64,000 nucleotides of DNA from an uncultured delta proteobacterium. GTDB taxonomy: Bacteria; Myxococcota; Myxococcia; Myxococcales; Anaeromyxobacteraceae. Where the stretch lies: contig CAWFDF010000010.1 of assembly GCA_963814585.1 (NCBI GenBank), forward strand, positions 64,001 through 128,000. The letters are read 5' to 3'. The notes below the pieces were generated by a model. The model did not search any database, had not been told where the DNA came from, and saw only the letters and a program-made list of their open reading frames with translations. Below, piece after piece: positions 44,044 to 53,662 of this stretch. The stretch's first letter is position 1. Each line of letters begins with the position of its first letter. A program made the position numbers and the translations under genes.

Positions 44044-44267
44044 ATTTCCAGGGGCTGCGGGGGCGCCCCGTGATCGGCGCTCGCGTCCCGGGTCCTCAAG
44101 ACTCAGGCGAGAAAGCCTTTCGAGATCTCGCGAAGGTGGTCGCGAATCCTCGAATGCGGCGCATGGAGCTCGCCAGCCTTGAATGTCGGGCCCGACATCC
44201 GGGTCCCATGACGGGGGTCGCGGTGACTCGGCTCCACGGGTTCAACGGCCCACCAGCCGAGCTCGCG

Positions 44268-44669
44268 TCAAGGCGCGATGAGAGTCAGCCGCGGGAAGTA
44301 GGTCCGGTACCGAGCGGCGTCCCTGGTGAGCAGCTGGTGGCCCGCCACCGCCGCGTGCGCGCCGATGTAGAAGTCCGGCAGCGGCACCGCTCTCCGCCCA
44401 CCCCGCCTCCGATAGGACAGGAAGCTCTTCCCTCCCAGGAACGCGGCTTCATACGGGAGCGGGTCACGCCGGTAGATCTCCGGGGGCAGCGCCTCCTCGA
44501 GGTCCTCGACGCGGAGGAAGCCGACCGAGACCTCGGCGAAGACGATCGGGTTGATGACGAGGACCGACCGGTCGGCAGCGCGGGCCAGCGCCCGAGCCGA
44601 CCACTCGCCCCAGGTGGGATCCTCCGTGGCCACGTCGAGGATGACGTTGCTGTCGACGAGGACGGCCAT
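44268..44669 (-). CDS. vapC: PIN-domain toxin, VapC family
   Basis: VLVDSNVILD, IVFAE, LPDFYIGAHA, LLTRD..RYRTYFP. Confidence 0.92.
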   Translation of the reverse strand: MAVLVDSNVILDVATEDPTWGEWSARALARAADRSVLVINPIVFAEVSVGFLRVEDLEEALPPEIYRRDPLPYEAAFLGGKSFLSYRRRGGRRAVPLPDFYIGAHAAVAGHQLLTRDAARYRTYFPRLTLIAP

Positions 44670-44902
44670 CAGCCCCGCCGGGTCAGCGCCATGATCTCGT
44701 CGGTGCTCATGCGAACCGTCGCCTGACCGCGAAGCCGTCCCACCGCGGCGGCGCCCCGTCCCGAGGCGCGCGCCGCCCTGGCCCGCCGGAGGTGCACTCC
44801 CTTGGCGTCCAGCTCGAACTCCACCTCGGTGTGGGGCAAAAGACCGGCCTTCTCCCTGATCTCCACGGGGATGGTCACCTGGCCCTTGGTCGTCACGCGC
44901 AT
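44669..44902 (-). CDS. vapB: AbrB/MazE/SpoVT-family antitoxin
   Basis: MRVTTKGQVTIP.EIRE...MSTDEIMALTR; stop overlaps the vapC start; AAGGAGG RBS. Confidence 0.9.
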   Translation of the reverse strand: MRVTTKGQVTIPVEIREKAGLLPHTEVEFELDAKGVHLRRARAARASGRGAAAVGRLRGQATVRMSTDEIMALTRRG

Positions 44903-44920
44903 GGGCGCCTCCTTCATCTC

Positions 44921-44936
44921 TTACTTGTAGGAGTAA
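44921..44936. promoter_or_regulatory. Probable VapBC autoregulatory operator
   Basis: AT-rich inverted repeat TTACT-N6-AGTAA directly upstream of the antitoxin RBS. Confidence 0.5.
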
Positions 44937-45078
44937 TACTACTCGGAGGTCGAGGCAAGGGGGAGGTGCGCGGCCCCCTGCGCCTCGACGTTGGGGACAC
45001 ATCCGCCGACCCTCGCCTGGCCTGGACCCGCCGCTGCCTGCCAGAGGGCGCCGGAGGGATCGAGCCATTCGGGCGGCG

Positions 45079-46071
45079 TCAGCCGGTCCCGGGCACCAGC
45101 ACCGCGGCGCCGGAGAGGGCCCCGCGCCGGAGCGCGTCGAGGGCGGCGTTGGCCTGGCGCAGCGGGAAGGTGGTGACCGTGGTGCGCAGCGGCACGGTCG
45201 GCGCCAGCGCCAGCAGCGCCTCGCCGTCGGCCCGGGTCAGGTTGGCCACCGAGCGCACCACCCGCTCCCCCCAGAGCAGCGCGTAGGGGAAGGACGGGAT
45301 GTCGGACATGTGGATGCCGCCGCAGACCACGGTGCCGCCCGGCCCGACGGCGCGGAGCGCGGCCGGCACCAGGGCGCCGACCGGCGCGAAGAGGATGGCG
45401 GCGTCGAGCGGGGCGGGCGGGAGGGCGTCGGAGGGGCCGGCCCAGGCGGCGCCGAGCTCCCGGGCGAAGCGCTCGGCCGCGGCGTCGCCCGGCCGCACGA
45501 AGGCGAGGACCTCCTGGCCGGCGGAGCGCGCCAGCTGGGCCACCAGGTGGCCTGCCGCGCCGAAGCCATAGAGGCCGAGCCGCGGTGCCTGGCCGGCCAT
45601 TCGCCAGGCCCGGTAGCCGATGAGCCCGGCGCAGAGGAGCGGCGCGGTGGAGACCGGGTCCACGCCGGGCGGCAGCCGGAAGGCGTAGCGGGCGTCGGCC
45701 ACCGCGAGCTCGGCGAAGCCTCCGTCGCGGTGGTAGCCGGTGAAGCGGGCCGACGGGCAGAGGTTCTCCCGCCCGGAGCGGCAGAAGGCGCACCGGCCGC
45801 AGGTCCAGCCCAGCCAGGGCACGCCGACGCGGTCGCCCGGCTGGAGCCCGGAGACGTTGGCCCCTGTACGGACCACCTCGCCCACGATCTCGTGGCCCGG
45901 GACCACCGGGTGGCCGAGCGGTGGCAGCTCGCCGTCGGCGACGTGCAGGTCGGTCCGGCAGACGCCGCAGGCGAGGACGCGCAGCAGCACGTCGTCGGGG
46001 CCGGGCTCGGGGACCGGCCGCTCCCGCTCGACGAGGGGCGCGCCGGGGCGCTCCACCACCATGGCCAGCAT
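45079..46071 (-). CDS. Zinc-dependent alcohol dehydrogenase (AdhP-like)
   Basis: CGVCRTDLH, PGHEIVG, CGRCAFC...ENLC, APLLCAGLIGYR, GLYGFGAA. Confidence 0.93.
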   Translation of the reverse strand: MLAMVVERPGAPLVERERPVPEPGPDDVLLRVLACGVCRTDLHVADGELPPLGHPVVPGHEIVGEVVRTGANVSGLQPGDRVGVPWLGWTCGRCAFCRSGRENLCPSARFTGYHRDGGFAELAVADARYAFRLPPGVDPVSTAPLLCAGLIGYRAWRMAGQAPRLGLYGFGAAGHLVAQLARSAGQEVLAFVRPGDAAAERFARELGAAWAGPSDALPPAPLDAAILFAPVGALVPAALRAVGPGGTVVCGGIHMSDIPSFPYALLWGERVVRSVANLTRADGEALLALAPTVPLRTTVTTFPLRQANAALDALRRGALSGAAVLVPGTG

Positions 46072-46248
46072 GCGGTGCCCTCCTTGCGTCTCGGGACTCT
46101 ACCCGAGCCGCCGGAGGGAGGCGTCAAGGCCCAGCGGCCGCACCAGGCAAGAACGCGGGTCGGTCGCCTCGACACGATCGAGGCAGCCGACCCGCGTGAC
46201 CAGGACCGCTGCACCCACCCCCGGGGCGGCGGAATCCGGGATTCTCGT

Positions 46249-46422
46249 CTAGGTGCGCAGCTCGGCGGCGGCCGGGGCGGCGGGGCTGGAGGCGCCCCGG
46301 TTCACGTCGACGATGAAGGCGGTGACGATGAAGGCGCAGAGGGCGGCGAGGAAGACGGCGCGGGCGGTGGAGAGGCCAGAGCGGACGGTGAAGTGCGGGT
46401 TGCTGGAAGTCGAGGTCGTCAT
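46249..46422 (-). CDS. Small single-TM protein (57 aa), absent from the ORF track
   Basis: MTTSTSSNPHFTVRSGLSTARAVFLAALCAFIVTAFIVDVNRGASSPAAPAAAELRT*; GAAAGGGA RBS-like sequence; nearly all codons end in G/C. Confidence 0.7.
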   Translation of the reverse strand: MTTSTSSNPHFTVRSGLSTARAVFLAALCAFIVTAFIVDVNRGASSPAAPAAAELRT

Positions 46423-46599
46423 GGCGGTTCCCTTTCGAGGTCGGTGGCGCTTCGGTGTCGCGCCTTCTGACCTGTGGACAAGGGGCCCTGCTGGATTTGA
46501 CGCGGCCGCCGTCGAATCCAGGCATCGCGAGTGATGACAGGAGCTTGCGAGGTCGGGACTGCCGAGCTCGCCGCTGTCCGGCCGCCGGATCGACGGCGC

Positions 46600-49133
46600 A
46601 GCGGCGCTTCGCCGAGGCGGAGGCGGAGGCGGGGGCGAGGCTGGCGCACCCGAACATCGTCCACCTCTACGACCTGGGGCGGGTGGAGCAGGGCGCGTAC
46701 CTGATCATGGAGCTGCTGCACGGCACCACGCTGGCGGAGCGGCTGGCGCAGGGGCCGCTGCCGCTGCGGGAGGCGGTGCGGGTGGCGGTGGAGATCACGC
46801 GGGGGGTGGCCCATGCCCACGCCCGCGGGGTGGTCCACCGGGACCTGAAGCCGTCGAACGTGTTCGCCTGCGAGGACGGGCAGGTGAAGGTGCTGGACTT
46901 CGGCCTGGCCAGCGTGCTGGGGCGGGGGAGCGTGTCGGGGGGGACGCCGGCGTACATGGCGCCGGAGCAGGGGCGGGGCGAGGCGGGGGACGAGCGGACC
47001 GACGTCTACAGCCTGGGGGTGATGATCGCGGAGCTGACCGCCGGGCTCCATCCGCCGCAGGCGCTGCAGCGGCTCGTGGCGCGGATGAGGCAGGAGGACC
47101 CGGCGGGCCGGCCGATCCACGCCGGCCAGGTGCTGGCCGAGCTCACGGCGATCCAGAAGTCGCTGGAGCCGCGGCGGTGGCTCTGGGCCAGCGCCGGCGT
47201 GGCGGCGGCGGCACTCATCGGCGCCGGGATCTTCGCCTGGCTCTGGCAGCGGCCGCTGCCGGAAGGGCGGCTGCTGACCGCGATCGCCGACACCGACAAC
47301 CAGACGGGGGACCCGGACCTGGACCCAATGGCGGAGCTGCTGCGGGCCGGCCTGGAGCAGTCGCGGCGTGTGTCGGTGATGGCCCGCTCGCACCTCGCCA
47401 CCATCGTGGAGGCGACCGGTGCCGAGCCGCCGGCCGTCTTCGGCGAGGCCGAGACGGCGAAGGCCGCCGGGGCCGCCGGGGCGGCGCTGCTCATCGTGCC
47501 GTCGGTCAGGCCCAAGGACTCCGGCTACGAGCTCCAGGTGCGGGCGGTGGACCTGACGCGCCACCAGGACTGGCTGGTGGTCCGTGACACCGCCTGGGCC
47601 AAGGCCACCGTGCCGGCCGCGATCGACCGGCTCGTGCTCAAGGTCCGGAGGGCGCTCCGGGAGGAGCCGGGACAGGCGCCGAAGAGGACCGTCGCCGTCG
47701 GGGAGGCCATGTCGGCCAACCCCGAGGCACTCCGGCTCTTCCAGGAAGCGAAACGTTTCAGGGAAGAGGCGATCCGGACCGGCAAGGGCATCGAGGGCAT
47801 CAAGCCCGCCCTAGCCGCCTTGCGCCGCGCCGTCGAGGTCGATCCAAGCTTCCTCCGGGCGCGGCTGAGGCTCCTCGAAGGGCCATACTTAGGAAGGATC
47901 ACCTCTGCCGAGCAGGAAGATCACAGGAAGGTGATCCGCGAGGGGCTCCATCGGCTTCCGGAGACGGAGCGTCCCTGGGCCGAGTTCAAGCTGCTCCCGG
48001 CCCCGTGGGCAACGGAGAACCTGGTGCAGTCGCAGCAGCTCCTGGAGCGCGCCATCGAGGCCAGGCCCGAACACCCTCGCCCCTACGCCTTGCTGGCCCA
48101 GATGGTGCTCGTCAACCAGGCCGACCTCGAGGCGGCGCGCCCCCTCATCGAGAAGGCGCTGGCACTGGGCGCGGCGGACGAAGGAAGTGCCGTCCGCTGG
48201 TTGCTGGACCTGGAGCGCGGCGACGAGGCCCTGGCGCGGGCCCGGAGGTGGGTGGAGCGGGAGCCGGGCCGGTGGGAGCCTTTCGTCGCGCTGGCCGACG
48301 CCCTCCGGTACCGGGGCGAGTGGCGTGGGGCCCTGGAGGCCCACCGGCGCGCCCAGGTCCTCGACCCAATCGCCCTCTGGACGTTCAGCTACGCGGATGC
48401 CGACGCATGGGACGAGCTCGAGGCCGAGTCGTGCGCGGCCGGCCGCCCCTGCAACACCCGCCCCGACCTGCTCGCCGAACGGGGCCGCTTCCGCGAGGCG
48501 CTGGCCGCCTACGACGCCGAGAATCCGCCAGGTGTCGGGGACGATCTGCGCGGGACCTGGGTGTGGCGGTTCGACCTGCTCTTCCCGCTCGAGGATTCCG
48601 AGCTGCTCCTCGAGGACATGGAGTGGGCGGTGCGGCGCGGCATCACCTTCTTCACCAACCACGCCCTGGGGCTGGCGCTCCTCGGTGACGCCACGCGGGC
48701 CGAGCGGATGGGGAGCGCCTACGCCCGGGTCCTCCTGTCCTTCGACCGGATGCGGCGGGCGACCATCACCTGGAAGCAGGGTGATCGCGAGGCGGCGCTG
48801 CGCGCCTTCGCGGCGATCCACCTGCCCTCCACCCACGTCCTCCGCGGCGAGATCCTCCTGGAGCTGGGGCGCCACCGCGAGGCGGTCGAGGAGCTCCGGA
48901 CTTACCACCGCGTCAGGTACGACCAGGTCCAGGAACTTCCCTACTGCTGGGTCTACCCGCAGAGCCTCTACCTGGAGGCCGCCGCCCTGGAGAAGCTCGG
49001 CGAGCGGGACGAGGCGCGCCACGTCCTGGGGCGGCTCCTGCGGCTCTGGAAGAAGGCCGACCCCACGCTGCCGCTCCTCCAGCGGGCGAAGAAGCTGGAG
49101 GCGAAGCTCGCCGTGGCTGATGGCCCGAGGTGA
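46600..49133 (+). pseudogene. Ser/Thr kinase-TM-TPR protein lacking the start of the kinase N-lobe
   Basis: HPNIV, HRDLKPSN, DFG, GTPAYMAPE, DVYSLG, a TM helix and TPR-like repeats are present; no GxGxxG or VAIK upstream in any + frame and no convincing start codon. Confidence 0.7.
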
Positions 49134-49154
49134 CGGGCGGCGGGCGTAGCCAGC

Positions 49155-49730
49155 TCAGCCCAGCAGGCCCCGCGCGCGGGCCAGCTCGCCGAGCTTGGCC
49201 TTGACCCGCTCGAACCGCTTCATGAGCGTGGCCGGGTCGACCGGCTTCCCGTCGGCGGCCATCACCTCGGCCACCTCGTTCCAGGAGAGCTGCTGGTCGA
49301 GGCGCAGCACCAGCAGCGACCGGTCGTCCTCGGAGAGGGCGGCGCGCAGCTCCTCGAGCGCCTGCCGCTGCCGCTCCACCACCACCACCGACTTGGTCTG
49401 GATCGACATGGCCAGCGCCGAGGCCTGCCCGGTGGCCAGCCGCTGCCCGCGCCGGCGCCAGGCCTCGTTGCGCAGGTTCTGGGCGGCGTTCCAGGCCAGC
49501 CGGTAGCCCCAGGTCTTCAGCGAGGACTCGCCGCGGAAGGAGGCCAGCCCGGTCCAGACGTTCTCCGACCACTGCGAGAAGGCGTCGGCGGCGTCCTCCT
49601 CCACGCGCAGCATCGAGCGCAGGTAGCGCAGGATGGCCGGGCCGAGCGCCTCGATGAGCGCGGTGGCGGCGCCGTCGGGGCCGCCGGCGGCCAGGCGCTC
49701 GCGGACGAGCCTGTCGAGCTCCTCGGCCAC
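49155..49730 (-). CDS. ECF-type RNA polymerase sigma factor
   Basis: DAADAF...FRGESSLKTWGYRLAWN (region 2) and LSEDDRSLLVLR...LSWNEVAEVM (region 4). Confidence 0.85.
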   Translation of the reverse strand: MAEELDRLVRERLAAGGPDGAATALIEALGPAILRYLRSMLRVEEDAADAFSQWSENVWTGLASFRGESSLKTWGYRLAWNAAQNLRNEAWRRRGQRLATGQASALAMSIQTKSVVVVERQRQALEELRAALSEDDRSLLVLRLDQQLSWNEVAEVMAADGKPVDPATLMKRFERVKAKLGELARARGLLG

Positions 49731-49731
49731 C

Positions 49732-50325
49732 CTACTTCCCCTCCGCCCGACGCCACTCGACCAGCCAGCTGGCGTCCGGCGACTTGGCATCGCGCGGCTC
49801 GAGGGTGACGGTGCCGGTGTAGCTGGAGACCTCGAAGGCCCCGGCCAGCGTGCCGCAGACGGCGGCCAGGTAGGCCGGGCAGAGCATGGCCGGCGCCAGC
49901 CCCCGACCCACCAGGCGGGTCTGGCCAGGGGCCGGCTGCGACACCACGAACTCACCGCAGCCGCGGTAGGTGGTGGCCCAGCCCTGCGGGAAGGTCTTGA
50001 ACATCAGCGTCGGGGAGGGGGCCACCAGCCGGGTCAGGCCAACCAGGAGCGGCTTGAAGAAGCCCTCGAGCGAGGCCACGAACGAGGCGGTGCCCCAGCG
50101 CCGGCTGCCGGCCTCGCCGGCCACCCGGTGGACCGCCTCGGCCAGCTCGATGTTGAGGGCCAGCGGCAGGTGGCCGGTCCGCACCGACTCCTCGATGGTC
50201 TTCACCGACGCCGGGTCGAGCAGGGCGCGGACGCGGGCCTCGTTCACCGCGCCGAGCGCGGACAGCGACCGGAGGTCGTCGAGGAGGTGGCTGACGCGGA
50301 CGGCGGGTGCGGGGGGCGGGGCCAT
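49732..50325 (-). CDS. Hypothetical protein, possibly a V4R/H-NOX-like myxobacterial ligand-binding fold
   Basis: 197 aa; pattern 'P..W.TTY..CG' with terminal 'LVEW' resembles DUF2378/V4R-like proteins; ends 1 nt before the ECF start. Confidence 0.55.
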   Translation of the reverse strand: MAPPPAPAVRVSHLLDDLRSLSALGAVNEARVRALLDPASVKTIEESVRTGHLPLALNIELAEAVHRVAGEAGSRRWGTASFVASLEGFFKPLLVGLTRLVAPSPTLMFKTFPQGWATTYRGCGEFVVSQPAPGQTRLVGRGLAPAMLCPAYLAAVCGTLAGAFEVSSYTGTVTLEPRDAKSPDASWLVEWRRAEGK

Positions 50326-50467
50326 GTGGCGGAGAGCTTCGCCGACCGGGAGCGGGCCTGTCGAGGGGGCGGCCACGAGATCGCTGGGCGTGTGAGGAGC
50401 CCTGGCGGGAACCGCCGGCGGCCGCGAAGCGGCGGAGCGGCACGTCGGGTGGTAGCATTCCCAGGTC

Positions 50468-53056
50468 ATGGCCTCCTTCTTCGCGCGTCACGGCGCCGGC
50501 GAGATCCTCGCGCGCTACAGCTTCATCGAGCCCCTGCTGGCGGGGCGGAGGGTCCTCGAGCTGGGAGCGGCCGCCGCCACCGGGGGCGCCAGCGCGCTGC
50601 TGCTGGCCGAGCGCGGCGCCGCCGCGGTGCTGTCGCTGGTCGAGGGCGGCCCGGCGCTGGAGGCGGCCCGCGCCGCCGGCCACCACCCCTTCGTCCGCTT
50701 CGACGACGCGCCGCTGGCGTCGCTCCCCGAGGGGGCCTTCGACCTCATTCTCCTGGCCGACGGCGCGCCGCTGGCCGACGATCCGGCCGGCCTCCAGGCG
50801 CTGCGCCGGCTGCTGGCCGATCGGGGGCACCTGATCACCGCCATCCCCGCCGCCGGCGGGCGTTCCCTGGCCGAGCTGGCCGGCGACGAGACGCCGGTGC
50901 AGAGCCCCGCCTACGAGGCCTTCATCAGCGCGCTCACCGAGCACTTCCCCTGGGTGGAGGTGGCGACGCAGTCGGCCTCGGTCGGCTACGTCATCGCCGT
51001 CCCGCCGCCCGACGGGGAGGAGGCGGAGGTGAGCATCGACGGCTCGCAGGCCGGCGACGCCGACGCCGCCGCCTACCTGGCGCTCTGCGGAGAGGGGCCG
51101 ACCGGGCTCACCGGCATCACCATGGTGGCGCTCCCGTCGCGGCAGCTCCTCGACGCCGCGGCGGCGTCCCGGCAGGCGGCGGTGGAGGGCGCGGCCCACG
51201 CCGGCGGGGCGCTGACGGCGCTGGAGGCCCGGATCGCCGAGCTGAGCGGCGCGGGCGAGGCGGCGGCGGACCGGCTGGCCAGGCTGGAGGCGGAGCGCTC
51301 GTCGCTGCTGGCCGAGCTCGACTCGCTGCGCTCCGAGCGCCAGCACGCCGCCGAGGAGCGCGAGGGGCTGCTGCAGGACCGCGACACGGCCGCCGCCGGC
51401 GAGGCCCAGGCGCTGGCCGAGCTGGAGAAGCTCAAGTGGAAGAACCAGGACGCCGAGCAGGCGCTGGAGCGGCTCGGTAGCGTCGAGGCGCTCTGCGACG
51501 CGGAGCGGGAAGCCGGCGCCGCGGCGCGGGCCGACGCCGAGCGCCTGGCCAGCCAGCTCGGGCTGCGCGAGCGCGAGCTCGCCGAGGTGCGGACCCAGAA
51601 CGAGTCCTTCCGGCAGCGGCTGGCCGAGGCCGAGCTGGAGGCGGCGCGGCTGGGCGAGGAGCGGACGCGGGCGGTGATCGAGCTGGCCGAGCGGTCCAGC
51701 TCCAGCGTCGAGACCGAGGCCGGGCTGCGCGCGGCGCGCGCCGAGGCGCAGGCCGCCCGGAGCGTGCTGGAAGGCTCCCTGGCGCGGACCGACGCGGCCG
51801 AGTCGCGGGTGCAGGAGCTGGAGGAGGCGCTGGAGGAGCGGATCACCGAGGTCGGCGCCCTGCGGGCCGAGCTGGACGCGGGGCGGGTGCAGGTGGCGGG
51901 GGCCTCCGAGCTGGAGGCCTCGCTCCGGGCGAGGGCCGAGGCGGTGGAGGCGAACCTGGCCGCGGCGCGCGCCGAGCTCGACCGGCTGCGGGAGGAGGCG
52001 GTGACGGCGCGCGGCGAGGCCGAGGTGGCGCTGCGCGAGATCGACGAGGCGCGCGGCGAGGCGGCCCGGAGCACCGAGATCGTGGCCGAGCTGCGGGTGG
52101 AGCTGCGCGCCACCAGCGAGGCGCTGGAGGAGGCGCGGAGCCAGCTGGAGGTGGCCAGGAGCGCGCCGCCGCCCGCCGCGCCCGAGGCCTCGCCGGAGCT
52201 GGAGGGGCGGGTCGCCGAGCTCTCGGCCGAGGTGGCGAGGCTCACGGACGAGGGGGCCCGACTGGCCGGCGAGCGCGACGCCTTGACGGGCCAGCTCGAC
52301 GAGGCCCGCACCCTCATCCAGGGCGCCGCCGACCGGCTGCGGGAGCTGGAGGCCCAGCGGGCGTCGGCCGAGGCGGAGGCGCAGCTGCAGCGGGAGCGGA
52401 CCGGGGAGGCCCAGGCGCGGGCGCGCGAGGCGGAGGCCGTGGTCGAGGCGGCGCGGACGCCGGTCGCGCCGGTCGCCGGGCCGACGGCGGAGGCGCTGGA
52501 GGAAGCGCAGGTGGCGGCGGCGCGCGCCGAGGAGGCGCTGGCCGCGGCGCGGCAGGCGGCCGAGGCGGCCGGGGACCAGGCGGCGGAGATCGGGGCCGAG
52601 CTGCAGGCGGTCCGCTGGGAGAAGGAGGAGATCGAGCAGCGGCTGGCCTCGCTGCAGCAGCTCCAGCAGCCGGAGGGCGAGCCGGGCGACGCCGCGGCGG
52701 CGCTGGCCGAGGCGGACCGACTGCGAGGGGAGCTCTCCGAGGTGCGCGCCGAGCTGGAGCCGCTCCGGGCCGAGCTGGCCCGGCTGCGCGGCGGCGAGGA
52801 GGCCAGCGCGCTCGAGGTTGACGGGCTGCGGGCCGAGCTGGCGCGGGTGCAGGGCGAGCTGGCCCAGCGGGCCGTCGCCCCGGCCACCGCCGGCGGCGAC
52901 GCCGAGAAGGAGCAGCTGGCCGCCGCGCTCGCCGACCGCGACCTCAAGATCGCCAGGCTGGCCCGCGAGGTGACCGACAAGACCGATCGGCTGGGCCGCC
53001 TCGCCAAGGAGCTGGGCGAGCTCAAGGCCAAGGGGATCGGCAAGATTTTCGGCTAG
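50468..53056 (+). CDS. Degenerate SAM-methyltransferase-like domain plus long coiled coil
   Basis: EILARYSF...GRRVLELG...GAFDLI then ~630 aa of Ala/Glu/Arg/Leu heptad-rich sequence; ends KGIGKIFG. Confidence 0.8.
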   Translation: MASFFARHGAGEILARYSFIEPLLAGRRVLELGAAAATGGASALLLAERGAAAVLSLVEGGPALEAARAAGHHPFVRFDDAPLASLPEGAFDLILLADGAPLADDPAGLQALRRLLADRGHLITAIPAAGGRSLAELAGDETPVQSPAYEAFISALTEHFPWVEVATQSASVGYVIAVPPPDGEEAEVSIDGSQAGDADAAAYLALCGEGPTGLTGITMVALPSRQLLDAAAASRQAAVEGAAHAGGALTALEARIAELSGAGEAAADRLARLEAERSSLLAELDSLRSERQHAAEEREGLLQDRDTAAAGEAQALAELEKLKWKNQDAEQALERLGSVEALCDAEREAGAAARADAERLASQLGLRERELAEVRTQNESFRQRLAEAELEAARLGEERTRAVIELAERSSSSVETEAGLRAARAEAQAARSVLEGSLARTDAAESRVQELEEALEERITEVGALRAELDAGRVQVAGASELEASLRARAEAVEANLAAARAELDRLREEAVTARGEAEVALREIDEARGEAARSTEIVAELRVELRATSEALEEARSQLEVARSAPPPAAPEASPELEGRVAELSAEVARLTDEGARLAGERDALTGQLDEARTLIQGAADRLRELEAQRASAEAEAQLQRERTGEAQARAREAEAVVEAARTPVAPVAGPTAEALEEAQVAAARAEEALAAARQAAEAAGDQAAEIGAELQAVRWEKEEIEQRLASLQQLQQPEGEPGDAAAALAEADRLRGELSEVRAELEPLRAELARLRGGEEASALEVDGLRAELARVQGELAQRAVAPATAGGDAEKEQLAAALADRDLKIARLAREVTDKTDRLGRLAKELGELKAKGIGKIFG

Positions 53057-53077
53057 CCGGATGCTATCGTCCGCCTC

Positions 53078-53644
53078 GTGACCGAGACCACCCGCCGCTA
53101 CGAACGGATCGAGATCGAACTCCCGGTCCGGCTCTTCATCCCGGGCCGGGACGGGCTGAGGTTCGAGGCCTTCTGCACCTCCCGCAACCTCGGCCTGGGC
53201 GGCCTCTTCGTGGCCGCCAGCTTCCTGCTCCCGGAGCAGATCGAGGTCCACGTCGAGCTGAAGCTGCCCGACAAGCCGCTCGCCATCCGCTCCCGCGTCA
53301 CCCACGTGGTGGCGCTGGACGACGCCAGGCTGGCCCCGGGCATGGGCATCGAGTTCCTCGACGTCGACGCCCACGGCCGCGAGACCCTGCTCCGCTACTT
53401 CACGCCGCAGCGCTACGACCGGTTCTTCGCCGACTTCGTCGGCGAGTTCCCGCACCTCAAGAAGGACCTCCCGCTCCGCGACGTCTCCCTGGTGCTGAAC
53501 CTCTGGGAGGAGTGGAAGGTGAAGCAGGAGGGCGGGCCGGCCTCCACCGCCTCCGGTGCACCGCCGGCCACGCTGCGCCGCGGGAGCGACGGCGAGGCCA
53601 CCCGCGCCCCGCCTCGCCCGGCCCCGCGCCGTCCCCGCCGCTGA
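53078..53644 (+). CDS. PilZ-domain protein
   Basis: RRYER (RxxxR), NLGLGG (D/NxSxxG variant), GMGIEF. Confidence 0.82.
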   Translation: MTETTRRYERIEIELPVRLFIPGRDGLRFEAFCTSRNLGLGGLFVAASFLLPEQIEVHVELKLPDKPLAIRSRVTHVVALDDARLAPGMGIEFLDVDAHGRETLLRYFTPQRYDRFFADFVGEFPHLKKDLPLRDVSLVLNLWEEWKVKQEGGPASTASGAPPATLRRGSDGEATRAPPRPAPRRPRR

Positions 53645-53662
53645 CCTCCGGGGTTGGCTCCG

